Positions 1 through 11,528 of a stretch of 64,000 nt of DNA are shown here, one piece after another. Under the pieces are notes generated by a model. That model did not search any database. It was given only the letters and a program-made list of their open reading frames with translations, and was not told the DNA's origin. The DNA comes from an uncultured Alphaproteobacteria bacterium (GTDB lineage Bacteria > Pseudomonadota > Alphaproteobacteria > Rhizobiales > CAWCWK01): positions 1,230,910 through 1,294,909 of the forward strand of contig CAWJFE010000005.1 of NCBI GenBank assembly GCA_963842125.1. The letters run 5' to 3'. Both the position numbers and the translations under genes were made by a program. The first letter of the stretch is position 1, and every line of letters begins with the position of its first letter.

Positions 1-1296
1 CAACCGCCGGCCGTCTTCCGCCTTCATGGGTGTGGGAATCGGGGGGAAGAGGCCGAAGTTCACATTCATGGGCTGGAAGCTGCCCTTCCCCTCGACGAGG
101 TGGCCGCCGGTAACGTGCGCGACGAGCGCGCCAAGGGCCGTCGTCTCGGGTGGCAGCTGTGGCGCGGTGCCGAAACGCTCCGCGGCTGCGAAGCGTCCGG
201 TGAGGAGGCCGATGGCGGCGCTTTCGAGATAGCCCTCCACGCCGGTGATCTGCCCGGCGAAGCGAAGATCGGGCCGCGCTTTCATCCGCAGCGTACCGTC
301 AAGCAGTTTGGGCGAGTTGAGGAACGTGTTTCGATGTAGTCCGCCGAGACGCGCGAACTCCGCGTTCGCGAGGCCTGGTATCAGCCGTAGCACCTTGGCC
401 TGATCACCGTAGCGCAGCTTCGTCTGGAAGCCCACCATGTTGAAGAGTGTGCCGAGCGCGTTGTCCTGACGTAGCTGGACGATGGCGTGGCATTTGACGG
501 TCGGGTCGTGCGGATTGGTGAGCCCGACCGGCTTCATCGGCCCATGGCGAAGCGTCTCGCGGCCGCGGCGCGCCATTTCCTCGATCGGCAGGCAGCCGTC
601 GAAATAGGGCGTGTCGGTCTCCCAATCCTTGAAGGCGACAGTGTCGGCCTCGATCAGCGCATCGAGAAACGCGTTGTACTGCGCCTCGTCCATCGGCAGG
701 TTCAGGTAGTCGGCACCCGTACCCCCCGGTCCAGCCTTGTCATAGCGCGACTGAAACCAGGCGACCTCCATATCGACGCTTTCGCGGTGGACGATGGGCG
801 CGATGGCGTCGAAGAAGGCGAGCTCGTCCTCGCCGGTGAGGGCTTGCAAGGCCTCGCCGAGGGCCGGCGAGGTGAGGGGGCCTGTCGCGACGATCGCGCT
901 GCCCCACTCCTCGGGTGGCAATCCGGCGACCTCTTCGCGAACGATCGTGACGTTCGGATGCGCCTCCAAGGCGGCCGTAACCGCCGCAGAGAAACCATCA
1001 CGATCGACGGCCAGGGCACCGCCGGCGGGCACCTGATGCGCGTCGGCCTGGCGGAGGATGAGCGAGTCGCAGCGGCGCATCTCCTCATGAAGAAGGCCGA
1101 CCGCGTTGTACTCCGCGTCGTCGGACCGGAAGGAGTTTGAGCAGACCAGTTCCGCGAGGTTCTCCGTCTTGTGCGCATCGGTCGGGCGTACGGGCCGCAT
1201 CTCGTGCAGGATCACAGGCACGCCGGCCTGCGCTGCCTGCCACGCCGCCTCCGATCCTGCGAGGCCGCCGCCGACGATGTGTAGAGGCTGTGTCAT
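1..1296 (-). CDS. trmFO: Methylenetetrahydrofolate--tRNA-(uracil-5-)-methyltransferase TrmFO (3' end runs off the window)
   Basis: Not in the ORF track; translated by hand. Minus-strand ATG at 1296 gives [20 protein letters not shown] (FAD-binding), then [12 protein letters not shown], and [13 protein letters not shown] in the same frame near the window edge. Confidence 0.95.
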   Translation of the reverse strand, partial: MTQPLHIVGGGLAGSEAAWQAAQAGVPVILHEMRPVRPTDAHKTENLAELVCSNSFRSDDAEYNAVGLLHEEMRRCDSLILRQADAHQVPAGGALAVDRDGFSAAVTAALEAHPNVTIVREEVAGLPPEEWGSAIVATGPLTSPALGEALQALTGEDELAFFDAIAPIVHRESVDMEVAWFQSRYDKAGPGGTGADYLNLPMDEAQYNAFLDALIEADTVAFKDWETDTPYFDGCLPIEEMARRGRETLRHGPMKPVGLTNPHDPTVKCHAIVQLRQDNALGTLFNMVGFQTKLRYGDQAKVLRLIPGLANAEFARLGGLHRNTFLNSPKLLDGTLRMKARPDLRFAGQITGVEGYLESAAIGLLTGRFAAAERFGTAPQLPPETTALGALVAHVTGGHLVEGKGSFQPMNVNFGLFPPIPTPMKAEDGRRL

Positions 1297-1447
1297 CTGA
1301 AGGCCCGACCTCCGTTAGGCGCGATCTGAATGTCCGATGTAACGGCGATTGCAGCGCATTGCGACCCTCCAACCCCTTGCGCTGTGCAGCTAGCGCCGGT
1401 AGCTGCAACGAGACCCGCAATGGATATTCGCTCGCATAGGCGCACGC

Positions 1448-3583
1448 ATGGCTGACGACCTCCGCAAGATCATCGTGGACGGCAAGGAGATCGAGGTCGA
1501 TCCCAGCATCACCGTCCTCCAGGCCTGTGAGCAAGCCGGGGCCGAAATCCCGCGCTTCTGCTATCACGAGCGCCTGTCGATCGCGGGCAATTGTCGGATG
1601 TGCCTCGTCGAGATCGTCGGCGCGCCAAAGCCGCTCGCCTCCTGCGCCGGTGCGGTGAAAGACTTGCGCCCCGGCCGCAATGGCGAGCCGCCGGAGATCA
1701 ATACGAAGACGCCTTACGTGAAAAAGGCACGCGAAGGGGTGATGGAGTTCCTCCTCATCAACCACCCGCTCGATTGCCCGATCTGCGACCAGGGCGGCGA
1801 ATGCGACCTGCAAGATCAGGCGATGTATTACGGCGTCGACACGTCGCGCTACGCGGACAACAAGCGGGCGGTCGAGAACAAGTATATCGGTCCGCTCGTC
1901 AAGACGATCATGACGCGCTGCATCCACTGTACGCGCTGCATTCGCTTCGCAACCGAGGTCGCCGGCGTGCCCGAGCTCGGCGCCATCGGGCGCGGCGAAG
2001 ACATGGAGATCACAACCTATCTGGAGTCGGCGCTCTCGTCGGAACTGCAGGGCAACGCGGTCGATCTTTGCCCCGTCGGCGCCCTCACGCATCGTCCCTA
2101 CGCCTTCAAGGCGCGCCCTTGGGAGCAGAATCGGACGCAAGCCATCGACGTTATGGATGCGCTCGGCTCCAACATCCGCATCGATTCCCGGGGCCGCGAG
2201 GTGCTTCGCATCGTGGCGCGCACGCATGACGGTGTGAACGAGGAGTGGATCAGCGACAAGACGCGCTACGTCTGGGATGGGCTGAAGGCGCAGCGCCTCG
2301 ATCGCCCCTACGTCCGCGTCGATGGCCGGCTTAAGCCCGCATCCTGGGCAGAGGCGTTCACCGCCATCGCCGACAGGATCAAGGCGACGACGCCCGATCG
2401 GATCGGCGCGATCGCCGGTGACCTCTGCGCAGCCGAAGACATGTTCGCCCTCAAGGCGCTGATGGATCGCATCGGGGTCCGAAGCCTCGATTGCCGGCAG
2501 GACGGCGCCAAACTGCATCCCGGCCATGGTCGCGCGAGTTACACGTTCAACGCGACCGTCGAGGGCATCGACGATGCCGACGCCATCCTCCTCATCGGCA
2601 GCAACCCGCGATGGGAAGCACCAGTCCTCAATGCCCGCATCCGCAAGCGCTGGTTGGAAAGCGGCTTGCCCGTCGCCTCGATCGGGACCGAGCAGCCGGA
2701 TCTGACATACCCCTACCAGCATCTCGGCAACGGCACGCAGACGCTGGCCGACATCGCAGCTGGCAACGGCACGTTCTTCGAGACGCTGTCGAAGGCCGAA
2801 CGACCGATGATCGTCATCGGGCAGGGCGCTTTGACGCGTGCCGACGGCGAATCCGTCCTTGCTGCCGCCGCCACGTTGGCCAAAGCCGTCGGCGCGCTGT
2901 CGCCGGACGCGGACCCTGAGTGGAACGGCTTCAACGTTCTTCACACCGCGGCCTCGCGCGTGGCCGGTCTCGATCTCGGCCTCGTGCCGGGCGAGGGGGG
3001 GCGGGACGTCTGGGAGATGATCCTCGCCGGCCGCGACGGCGCGCTGGACGTTCTCTTCCTGATGGCTGCCGACGAGATCGTGCTCGACGGCATGGAGGAT
3101 ACGTTCGTCGTCTATCAGGGCAGCCACGGCGACCGAGGTGCCCACCGCGCGGACGTGATCCTGCCGGCCGCGACCTATGCCGAGAAGTCCGGCACCTACG
3201 TGAACACCGAGGGGCGGGTTCAGCTCGCCAACCGTGCTGCCTTCCCGCCCGGCGAAGCGCGCGAGGACTGGGCGATCCTTCGTGCCCTCTCGGACGTTCT
3301 CGGTAAGCGCCTGCCCTTCGACTCGCTCCAGCAGCTCCGCGCGGTAATGTGCGAAGCGCATCCTCACCTCGGCGACGAGGACACCGTCCTTCTCGGCGAT
3401 CCGAGCGAAATCACGCGGCTTGCCGACGTCGCACAGGACCTCGACGACGCGCCCTTCGATACCGCCGTCAAGGACTTCTACCTGACCAACCCCATCGCGC
3501 GCGCATCGGGCGTGATGGCAGAACTCAGCGCTCTCGCGAAGGCTCGCGCGAACGCCGGCGAGACTTTGCAGGCGGCCGAGTAG
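1448..3583 (+). CDS. nuoG: NADH-quinone oxidoreductase subunit G
   Basis: [41 protein letters not shown] and RCIHCTRC Fe-S motifs. Confidence 0.98.
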   Translation: MADDLRKIIVDGKEIEVDPSITVLQACEQAGAEIPRFCYHERLSIAGNCRMCLVEIVGAPKPLASCAGAVKDLRPGRNGEPPEINTKTPYVKKAREGVMEFLLINHPLDCPICDQGGECDLQDQAMYYGVDTSRYADNKRAVENKYIGPLVKTIMTRCIHCTRCIRFATEVAGVPELGAIGRGEDMEITTYLESALSSELQGNAVDLCPVGALTHRPYAFKARPWEQNRTQAIDVMDALGSNIRIDSRGREVLRIVARTHDGVNEEWISDKTRYVWDGLKAQRLDRPYVRVDGRLKPASWAEAFTAIADRIKATTPDRIGAIAGDLCAAEDMFALKALMDRIGVRSLDCRQDGAKLHPGHGRASYTFNATVEGIDDADAILLIGSNPRWEAPVLNARIRKRWLESGLPVASIGTEQPDLTYPYQHLGNGTQTLADIAAGNGTFFETLSKAERPMIVIGQGALTRADGESVLAAAATLAKAVGALSPDADPEWNGFNVLHTAASRVAGLDLGLVPGEGGRDVWEMILAGRDGALDVLFLMAADEIVLDGMEDTFVVYQGSHGDRGAHRADVILPAATYAEKSGTYVNTEGRVQLANRAAFPPGEAREDWAILRALSDVLGKRLPFDSLQQLRAVMCEAHPHLGDEDTVLLGDPSEITRLADVAQDLDDAPFDTAVKDFYLTNPIARASGVMAELSALAKARANAGETLQAAE

Positions 3584-3653
3584 TCCGTCCGCCCTTTCCC
3601 ATTGCCGAGTGACAGACTAGACACGACACGAACGCCGACATCCGAGACCCCGC

Positions 3654-4673
3654 ATGATCATCGTCTTTCAGGACTACGTCTGGCCCGTCCTGCTCATACT
3701 GGCACAAAGCCTGCTCGTGCTGGTCTCCCTGCTCGTCGCGCTCGCCTTCCTGCTCCTCGCCGACCGCAAGATATGGGCGGCGGTGCAGATCAGGCGCGGT
3801 CCGAACGTCGTCGGACCGTTCGGGCTGTTCCAGTCCTTCGCCGATCTCTTGAAATTCGTGTTGAAGGAGCCGGTCATCCCGGCTGGCGCCAGCAAGGGCG
3901 TCTTTCTGCTCGCACCCTTCATCTTCGCCGCCCTGGCTATGATGGCTTGGGCCGTCATTCCATTCGACTACGGCTGGGTCGTCGCCGACATCAACGTCGG
4001 CATCCTCTACCTATTTGCCGTGTCGTCGTTGATGGTCTACGGCGTCATCATGGGCGGCTGGGCGTCGAACTCGAAATATCCGTTCCTCGGCGCGCTGCGC
4101 TCGACGGCGCAGATGATCTCCTACGAGGTCTCGATCGGCTTCGTCATCATCACCGTCCTCCTTTGCGCCGGGTCACTCAACCTGACCGATATCGTGATGA
4201 GCCAGGCAGGCCCCTGGGGCATGCTGCAATGGTATTGGTTGCCGCTCTTCCCGATGTTCATCGTCTTCTTCATCTCGGCGCTGGCCGAGACGAACCGCCC
4301 GCCCTTCGATCTCCCGGAGGCCGAATCGGAACTCGTGGCCGGCTACATGGTCGAATACTCCGCGACGCCCTACCTTCTCTTCATGCTCGGCGAATATGTC
4401 GCCATCGTCCTGATGTGCTCGCTGACGGTCATACTCTTCCTCGGTGGATGGTTGCCTCCGGTTCCGATCGCGCCCTTCACCTGGGTGCCGGGCATCGTAT
4501 GGTTTCTCCTCAAGATCTGCTTCGTCTTTTTCATGTTCGCGATGGTGAAGGCGATGGTGCCGCGCTACCGCTATGATCAGTTGATGCGGCTTGGCTGGAA
4601 GGTCTTCCTGCCGATCTCGCTCGCCATGGTCGTCATCACGGCCGCGGTCGTGAAGCTGCTCGACATCGCCTGA
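3654..4673 (+). CDS. nuoH: NADH-quinone oxidoreductase subunit H
   Basis: [43 protein letters not shown]. Confidence 0.98.
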   Translation: MIIVFQDYVWPVLLILAQSLLVLVSLLVALAFLLLADRKIWAAVQIRRGPNVVGPFGLFQSFADLLKFVLKEPVIPAGASKGVFLLAPFIFAALAMMAWAVIPFDYGWVVADINVGILYLFAVSSLMVYGVIMGGWASNSKYPFLGALRSTAQMISYEVSIGFVIITVLLCAGSLNLTDIVMSQAGPWGMLQWYWLPLFPMFIVFFISALAETNRPPFDLPEAESELVAGYMVEYSATPYLLFMLGEYVAIVLMCSLTVILFLGGWLPPVPIAPFTWVPGIVWFLLKICFVFFMFAMVKAMVPRYRYDQLMRLGWKVFLPISLAMVVITAAVVKLLDIA

Positions 4674-4748
4674 CGCGGCTCCGCACCGCATCGCTATTGG
4701 CGCGCCAGCGCGCTACCCGACGCAAGACAGTCTCGATAGGGTTCCACC

Positions 4749-5246
4749 ATGGCCTCGCTCTCGCTCGATAGCGCCGCGCGCAGCATCTTCCTCTGGGAGT
4801 TCGTGAAGAGCTTCGGCACGGCCATGCGCTATTTCTTCAAGCCGAAGCCGACGATCAACTACCCCTTCGAGCGCATGCCGAAGTCCGCTCGCTTCCGCGG
4901 CGAACACGCCCTTCGGCGCTATCCGAACGGTGAAGAGCGCTGCATCGCCTGCAAGCTCTGCGAGGCGATCTGCCCGGCACAGGCCATCACCATCGAAGCC
5001 GGCCCACGCCGAAACGACGGCACCCGGCGCACCGTGCGCTACGACATCGACATGGTGAAGTGCATCTATTGCGGTTATTGCCAGGAGGCCTGCCCGGTCG
5101 ACGCCATCGTCGAGGGTCCGAACATGGACTTCGCGACCGAGACCCGGGAGGAGCTACTCTACGACAAGTCCAAGCTTCTCGATAACGGCGATCGCTGGGA
5201 GCGGGAGATCGCGCACCGTCTCGCACAGGACGCGCCGTACAAGTAG
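4749..5246 (+). CDS. nuoI: NADH-quinone oxidoreductase subunit I
   Basis: Two CxxCxxCxxxCP motifs; [17 protein letters not shown]. Confidence 0.98.
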   Translation: MASLSLDSAARSIFLWEFVKSFGTAMRYFFKPKPTINYPFERMPKSARFRGEHALRRYPNGEERCIACKLCEAICPAQAITIEAGPRRNDGTRRTVRYDIDMVKCIYCGYCQEACPVDAIVEGPNMDFATETREELLYDKSKLLDNGDRWEREIAHRLAQDAPYK

Positions 5247-5402
5247 GCACTCGCCCCATATCGCCTTTCTTGGAACACGGCGCTTCGCCACGTAGCCTTC
5301 GCCACTAGACGCGCCGCCCGCCCAACGCCTATACCGCCCGAAGCGCCCAGCGCGAGAGATTCACGCCGGTTCGTTCGAACGGGTCCCCGCAAGGTTTCCT
5401 CC

Positions 5403-6146
5403 ATGGCGATCGCCACCGTCTTCTTCTACCTGTTCGCCGGCGTCATGGTCGCTTCCGCCTTCATGGTCGTCGCAGGTCGGAACCCGGTTCATTCCGTTCT
5501 CTATCTCATCCTCTGCTTCTTCAATGCGGCGGGTCTCTTCCTGATCGTCGGGGCGGAGTTCCTCGCGATGATCCTGGTCGTCGTCTATGTCGGCGCGGTC
5601 GCGGTTCTCTTCCTCTTCGTCGTGATGATGCTCGACGTCGATTTTCAGGAGCTGCGTAGCGGCGCGCTTCAATATCTGCCCATCGGGGCGACCGTCGGCA
5701 TCGTCCTGCTGCTCGAACTCGTCCTCGTTCTCGGAACGTGGCAGTCCGGCGTGCTGATGGCGGATAGTCCGCTCGTCCAGCACACCTCGTCCGATGCCGG
5801 CGACATCGCCATCGTTGAGCGTCCCGGTGCGGATGTCGTCGTCGTCGAAGGTCCGGCCGAGGTTGTCGTCGGCGAGAACGCCGTAACCGGGCGCGAGGCC
5901 TTGCTGATCGTACCTCCAACCGAAGGTGTCTCGAACGCGGAGGCCATCGGGCTCGTCCTCTACACGCGCTACATCCTCTTCTTCCAGATCGCCGGATTGA
6001 TCCTCCTCGTCGCCATGATCGGCGCAATCGTCCTCACGCTTCGCCAGAAGGAAGGCGTTCGGCGCCAGTCGATCTCCGCCCAGGTTGCGCGTACGCGGGC
6101 CACTGCCGGCGAGGTCGTGGCGGTCGAGACGGGGAAGGGGATCTGA
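5403..6146 (+). CDS. nuoJ: NADH-quinone oxidoreductase subunit J (long loop insertion)
   Basis: [48 protein letters not shown]. Confidence 0.96.
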   Translation: MAIATVFFYLFAGVMVASAFMVVAGRNPVHSVLYLILCFFNAAGLFLIVGAEFLAMILVVVYVGAVAVLFLFVVMMLDVDFQELRSGALQYLPIGATVGIVLLLELVLVLGTWQSGVLMADSPLVQHTSSDAGDIAIVERPGADVVVVEGPAEVVVGENAVTGREALLIVPPTEGVSNAEAIGLVLYTRYILFFQIAGLILLVAMIGAIVLTLRQKEGVRRQSISAQVARTRATAGEVVAVETGKGI

Positions 6147-6148
6147 TC

Positions 6149-6457
6149 ATGGAAATCGGGATCCACCACTACCTTACCGTCTCGGCGCTTCTCTTCACGA
6201 TCGGTGTCTTCGGCATCTTCCTCAATCGCCGGAACGTCATCGTCATTCTGATGGCAATCGAACTCATACTCCTGGCGGTCAATATCAACCTCGTGGCTTT
6301 CGCGGCCTTCCTCGGCGACATCGTCGGCCAGGTCTTCGCGCTCCTCGTCCTCACGGTCGCGGCTGCGGAGGCGGCCATCGGGCTCGCGATCCTCGTGAGC
6401 TTCTATCGCAATCGTGGCTCGATCGCCGTCGAAGACGTCAATGTGATGCGGGGCTGA
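6149..6457 (+). CDS. nuoK: NADH-quinone oxidoreductase subunit K
   Basis: [28 protein letters not shown]. Confidence 0.98.
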   Translation: MEIGIHHYLTVSALLFTIGVFGIFLNRRNVIVILMAIELILLAVNINLVAFAAFLGDIVGQVFALLVLTVAAAEAAIGLAILVSFYRNRGSIAVEDVNVMRG

Positions 6458-6467
6458 CGGCGGATTT

Positions 6468-8423
6468 ATGTACACGCTTATCGTCCTTCTGCCGCTCGTC
6501 GGCTTCCTGATCGCCGGCCTCTTCGGCCGCGTGATCGGAGACCGCCCGTCCGAGATCGTCACGACTGCGCTGATGGGCCTGGCCGCGGTCCTGTCGTGGG
6601 TTGGGCTCTTCACGGTCGGCTATGGCGATGGCGGCGGCAGCTTCCGCGTGCTGGACTGGATCACGTCCGGCGACCTCGACGTCGCATGGAGCCTTCGCAT
6701 CGACGCCCTGACGGTCGTGATGCTCGTCGTCGTCAACACGGTTTCCTTCCTCGTGCACGCCTACTCGATCGGCTACATGCATCACGACGGATCACGCCCG
6801 CGCTTCTTCGCCTACCTGTCCCTCTTCACCTTCGCCATGCTCACGCTGGTGACGGCTGACAATCTTGTCCAGATGTTCTTCGGCTGGGAGGGGGTTGGCC
6901 TTGCCTCCTACCTCCTCATCGGGTTCTGGCACCACAAGTCGAGCGCCAACGCTGCAGCGATGAAGGCCTTCATCGTCAATCGCGTCGGCGATTTCGGTTT
7001 CATCCTCGGCATCTTCGGCTGCTACGTCTATTTCGGCTCCGTCCAGTTCGACGTCATCTTCGCGGGCGCCGAAACGCTGGGCGAGACGCGGCCCGGCTTC
7101 CCCTGGTTCGGCAACAGCGTCGACGCCCTGACCGTCATCTGCCTCCTGCTCTTCCTCGGCGCGATGGGCAAGTCGGCGCAGGTGCCGCTCCATACCTGGC
7201 TCCCGGACGCGATGGAGGGCCCGACCCCGGTCTCGGCGCTGATCCACGCCGCGACCATGGTCACGGCTGGCGTCTTCATGGTCGCCCGCATGTCGCCACT
7301 GTTCGAGCAGGCACCCGCGGCGATGACCGTCGTCCTCGTCGTTGGCGGCCTGACGGCCATCTTCGCCGCGACGATCGGGCTCGTGCAGAACGACATCAAG
7401 CGCGTCATCGCCTACTCGACCTGTTCTCAACTCGGCTACATGTTCGTCGCCCTCGGCGTCGGCGCATGGTCGGTCGCGATCTTCCACCTCTTCACCCATG
7501 CCTTCTTCAAGGCACTGCTCTTCCTCGGCGCCGGCTCCGTCATCCACGCGGTATCGGACGAGCAGGACATGCGGCGCATGGGTGGGCTGCGCAAACACAT
7601 CCCGAAGACCTACTGGATGATGATCATCGGCACGTTGGCGCTGACCGGCGTAGGCATTCCTCATCTGATCGGCTTTGCGGGCTTCTACTCGAAGGACGCC
7701 ATCATCGAGGCGGCTTTCTTCGGCCAGGGCACGGCCGGTCTCTTCGCCTTCTGGATGGTCGTGATCGCCGCCCTCCTGACTTCGTTCTACTCGTGGCGGC
7801 TCATCTTCATGACCTTCCACGGCAAGCCCCGCGCATCCGCCGAAGTCATGAGCCATATCCACGAGAGCCCACCGATCATGCTGGTGCCGCTCTACGTGCT
7901 CGCAGTCGGCGCCGTTCTCGCCGGCATCGTCTTCTACCCGGTCTTCGCAGGCGATGGCGTTCACGCATTCTGGGCAACAGCGCTCGCGGACCACGGCGGC
8001 GAGGCCATTCTCGACGAGATGCACCACCACATTCCAGAGCTCGTCTACTGGGCTCCGTTCATCATGACGGTCGCCGGGTTCGCGCTGGCCTACTGGCTGT
8101 ACATCGCGCAGCCTCATTTGCCGGGTGCCATCGCGCGCGCACAGCCGCTACTCTACGACTTCCTGCTCAAGAAGTGGTATTTCGACGAGCTCTACGACTT
8201 TCTCTTCGTTCGTCCGGCCAAGGCTGTCGGCCGCTTTCTCTGGAAGCGCGGTGACGAGGATACGATCAACCGGTTCGGCCCCGATGGCATTGCATCCGCG
8301 ACGCTCAGCACCGCGCGCGGCATCGGCCGCCTGCAGTCGGGCTATCTCTACCACTACGCCTTCGCGATGCTGATCGGCGTCGCGGTCCTCATCACCTACT
8401 TCATGTTCCGCAGCTTCGGCTGA
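6468..8423 (+). CDS. nuoL: NADH-quinone oxidoreductase subunit L
   Basis: [43 protein letters not shown]. Confidence 0.98.
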   Translation: MYTLIVLLPLVGFLIAGLFGRVIGDRPSEIVTTALMGLAAVLSWVGLFTVGYGDGGGSFRVLDWITSGDLDVAWSLRIDALTVVMLVVVNTVSFLVHAYSIGYMHHDGSRPRFFAYLSLFTFAMLTLVTADNLVQMFFGWEGVGLASYLLIGFWHHKSSANAAAMKAFIVNRVGDFGFILGIFGCYVYFGSVQFDVIFAGAETLGETRPGFPWFGNSVDALTVICLLLFLGAMGKSAQVPLHTWLPDAMEGPTPVSALIHAATMVTAGVFMVARMSPLFEQAPAAMTVVLVVGGLTAIFAATIGLVQNDIKRVIAYSTCSQLGYMFVALGVGAWSVAIFHLFTHAFFKALLFLGAGSVIHAVSDEQDMRRMGGLRKHIPKTYWMMIIGTLALTGVGIPHLIGFAGFYSKDAIIEAAFFGQGTAGLFAFWMVVIAALLTSFYSWRLIFMTFHGKPRASAEVMSHIHESPPIMLVPLYVLAVGAVLAGIVFYPVFAGDGVHAFWATALADHGGEAILDEMHHHIPELVYWAPFIMTVAGFALAYWLYIAQPHLPGAIARAQPLLYDFLLKKWYFDELYDFLFVRPAKAVGRFLWKRGDEDTINRFGPDGIASATLSTARGIGRLQSGYLYHYAFAMLIGVAVLITYFMFRSFG

Positions 8424-8478
8424 TCCGCCCGGCGCGATCTCGGACATTCAAGACTACGGACAAGGGCTTTCAGGACCG

Positions 8479-10065
8479 ATGGAATTTCCCATCCCCCTTC
8501 TCACTACGATCACCTTCATTCCGCTGATCGTGGCGTTGGCCATGCCGCTACTCGTCCAACACGACGATGCCGACGGGCAGCGCAATGCGAAGGGCCTCGC
8601 GCTGATCGCGACGACGTTCACCTTCCTCCTGTCGCTGCTACTTTGGATCCTGTTCGACCCGTCCGACCCGGGCTTCCAGTTCGTCGAAGAGGCGGACTGG
8701 CTAGGGGGCGGCATTGCCTATCGCATGGGCGTCGACGGTATCTCGATCTTCTTCGTCATTCTGACCACCTTCCTGATGCCGATCTGCATCCTGGCGTCGT
8801 GGGAATCGGTCAAGACGAACGTCCGCGCCTACATGATCGCGTTCCTCGTTCTCGAGACCCTCATGATAGGCGTCTTTTCCGCGCTCGATCTCGTGCTATT
8901 CTACCTCTTCTTCGAAGGCAGCCTCATCCCGATGTTCATCATCATCGGCGTGTGGGGCGGACAACGGCGGATCTACGCGAGCTTCAAGTTCTTCCTCTAC
9001 ACCTTCGTCGGCTCGGTGCTGATGCTCCTGGCCATGATGGTGATGTACTGGGACGCCGGCACGACCGATATCCGGGTCCTCCTCGACCATGATTTCTCGT
9101 CCGTCGCGCAAGTGCTCCACCTAGGGCTCTTCGACATCGCGATCCCGTCCGGTATGCAAACCTGGCTGTGGATCGCGTTCTTCGCATCGTTCGCGGTGAA
9201 GATGCCGATGTGGCCAGTCCACACCTGGCTGCCCGACGCTCATGTCGAGGCGCCGACCGCGGGCTCCGTCATCCTGGCCGCGATCCTTCTCAAGATGGGT
9301 GGCTACGGCTTCCTGCGCTTCAACCTGCCCATGTTCCCGGAAGCCTCATTCGACCTCGCGAATTTCGTCTTCGTCCTCTCCTGCATCGCGGTCATCTACA
9401 CGTCTCTCGTCGCGCTGATGCAGGAGGATATGAAGAAGCTCATTGCCTACTCGTCCGTCGCCCATATGGGCTTCGTCACGCTCGGTATCTTTACCGCCAC
9501 CGTGCAGGGTGTTCACGGCGCGCTCTTCCTGATGATCTCGCATGGGCTCGTGTCGGGCGCTCTCTTCCTCTGCGTCGGTGTGATCTATGATCGGATGCAC
9601 ACCCGGCGGATCGATGCCTATGGCGGGCTCGTGCGGCAGATGCCGGTCTATGCGGTGATCTTTCTCATCTTCACGATGGCGAATGTCGGCCTTCCGGGAA
9701 CGTCCGGCTTCGTCGGCGAGTTCCTGGCCTTGATGGGCGCCTTCAGGGCGAGCCCTTGGGCGGCAGGTCTGGCTGCGACGGGGCTCATCCTCTCGGCCGG
9801 ATACGCGCTGTGGCTCTACCGCCGCGTCGTCTTCGGATCGCTCGAGAAGGAGAGCCTGCGGACGCTGCCCGACCTCAGCAGCCGCGAGTTGGCGACGCTG
9901 GTGCCGCTCGTCGTACTGACGATCTTCTTCGGCATCTACCCCGCACCGATCCTCGATCTGTCCAGCGCCTCGGTGGAGAACCTGGTCGCCCGCCTGGACC
10001 TCGTCGCGGCCGCGCGCGAACTTGCTGAACCTGCCCATGCCGCGCTTGCCGAAGGGGCACACTAA
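8479..10065 (+). CDS. nuoM: NADH-quinone oxidoreductase subunit M
   Basis: [34 protein letters not shown]. Confidence 0.98.
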   Translation: MEFPIPLLTTITFIPLIVALAMPLLVQHDDADGQRNAKGLALIATTFTFLLSLLLWILFDPSDPGFQFVEEADWLGGGIAYRMGVDGISIFFVILTTFLMPICILASWESVKTNVRAYMIAFLVLETLMIGVFSALDLVLFYLFFEGSLIPMFIIIGVWGGQRRIYASFKFFLYTFVGSVLMLLAMMVMYWDAGTTDIRVLLDHDFSSVAQVLHLGLFDIAIPSGMQTWLWIAFFASFAVKMPMWPVHTWLPDAHVEAPTAGSVILAAILLKMGGYGFLRFNLPMFPEASFDLANFVFVLSCIAVIYTSLVALMQEDMKKLIAYSSVAHMGFVTLGIFTATVQGVHGALFLMISHGLVSGALFLCVGVIYDRMHTRRIDAYGGLVRQMPVYAVIFLIFTMANVGLPGTSGFVGEFLALMGAFRASPWAAGLAATGLILSAGYALWLYRRVVFGSLEKESLRTLPDLSSRELATLVPLVVLTIFFGIYPAPILDLSSASVENLVARLDLVAAARELAEPAHAALAEGAH

Positions 10066-11528
10066 TGTCTTTCGTCGCCCCTCTCGTCATGCCGATCCTA
10101 CCGGAACTCGTGCTGGGTATCGGCGCGATGGCGCTATTGATGCTCGGCGCGTTTCGCGGCGACAGTGCTTACAACACCTGCATCGGCGTTGCGATAGCCC
10201 TGCTGCTCGGTGCCGCATTCCTCGTCTTCTTCATTCCGGACGGGCGCATCACGACCTTCGGTGACGACCAGGCGATCGGTCTCGAGGGGAGCTTCATCCT
10301 CGACGACTTCGCGCGCTTCATGAAGGTGCTGATCCTCTTCGGCTCCGCGACCGCGATCGTAATGTCCGTCGACTGGATGCGGATCGAGCGCTTGCAGCGC
10401 TTCGAGTACCCGGTGCTGATCCTCCTATCGGCGGCCGGCATGCTAGTCATGGTGTCCGCCAACGACCTCATCGCCCTCTACATGGGCATTGAGCTTCAAG
10501 CGCTGGCGGCCTACGTGATCGCGACAATCAATCGGGACAACCTTCGCTCGACCGAGGCTGGTCTGAAGTATTTCGTTCTGGGCGCGCTATCCTCCGGTAT
10601 GCTGCTCTACGGCATGTCGCTGGTTTACGGCTTCACCGGCACGGTTTCGCTACCCGGGATCGCGCTGGTGCTCGCGGCTGCCGACGTGAACATCGGCCTG
10701 ATCTTCGGCATCGTCTTCCTTCTTGCCGGCCTCGCCTTCAAGATCTCGGCCGTGCCCTTCCACATGTGGACGCCGGATGTTTACGAGGGCGCGCCGACGC
10801 CGATCACGGCCTTCTTCGCAGCGGCGCCCAAAGTCGCTGGCATGGCTATCATTCTGCGCGTTCTCGCCGACGGCCTTCTTCCCGTCGTCGACGTCTGGCA
10901 GCAGATCATTGCGTTCATCGCGGTGGCCTCGATGATTCTCGGCGCGTTCGCCGCGATCGGGCAGACGAACATCAAGCGACTGATGGCCTATTCCTCGATC
11001 GGGCATATGGGTTACGCACTCGTCGGCCTCGCGGCCGGCTCTGCGGCGGGCTTCAACGGCGTCGTCATCTACATGACGATCTACATGATTACGACGCTGG
11101 GCGTCTTCGGTTGCATTCTCGGCATGCGGCGGTCGGACGGCTACGTCGAGGATATGAACCAGTTGGCAGGTCTCTGGCGCACACAGCCGGGAACGGCCAT
11201 TGCACTCGCGCTCATGATGTTCTCCCTCATCGGAGTGCCGCCGCTCGCCGGCTTCTTCGCCAAATGGTACGTCTTTGTCGCCGCGATCGAGGTCGGCCTT
11301 TATCCGCTCGCCGTGATCGGTGTGCTGACGAGCGCGGTGGGCGCGTTCTACTACCTCCGTATCGTCAAGCTGATGTTCTTCGATGAGCCGGCGCCCGAGT
11401 TCGTCGCCATGCCCTTCGAGCTTTCCGCCGTGGTGGCGATTTCGTCCGGATTCGTCGTACTTCTTGCCGTCTTCATCGGCGGTCTCGCGCTTCGCGCGCA
11501 GACCGTATCCGCATCGCTGTTCTTCTGA
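10065..11528 (+). CDS. nuoN: NADH-quinone oxidoreductase subunit N
   Basis: EAGLKYFVLGA, FKISAVPFHMWTPDVYEGAP. Confidence 0.98.
   Translation: MSFVAPLVMPILPELVLGIGAMALLMLGAFRGDSAYNTCIGVAIALLLGAAFLVFFIPDGRITTFGDDQAIGLEGSFILDDFARFMKVLILFGSATAIVMSVDWMRIERLQRFEYPVLILLSAAGMLVMVSANDLIALYMGIELQALAAYVIATINRDNLRSTEAGLKYFVLGALSSGMLLYGMSLVYGFTGTVSLPGIALVLAAADVNIGLIFGIVFLLAGLAFKISAVPFHMWTPDVYEGAPTPITAFFAAAPKVAGMAIILRVLADGLLPVVDVWQQIIAFIAVASMILGAFAAIGQTNIKRLMAYSSIGHMGYALVGLAAGSAAGFNGVVIYMTIYMITTLGVFGCILGMRRSDGYVEDMNQLAGLWRTQPGTAIALALMMFSLIGVPPLAGFFAKWYVFVAAIEVGLYPLAVIGVLTSAVGAFYYLRIVKLMFFDEPAPEFVAMPFELSAVVAISSGFVVLLAVFIGGLALRAQTVSASLFF

Noticed and set aside
1085-3367. Long antisense ORFs (760 aa here; also 22960-24378, 24420-26210, 52768-54807)
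   Set aside because: They shadow well-conserved genes in a high-GC3 genome and have no recognisable motifs.
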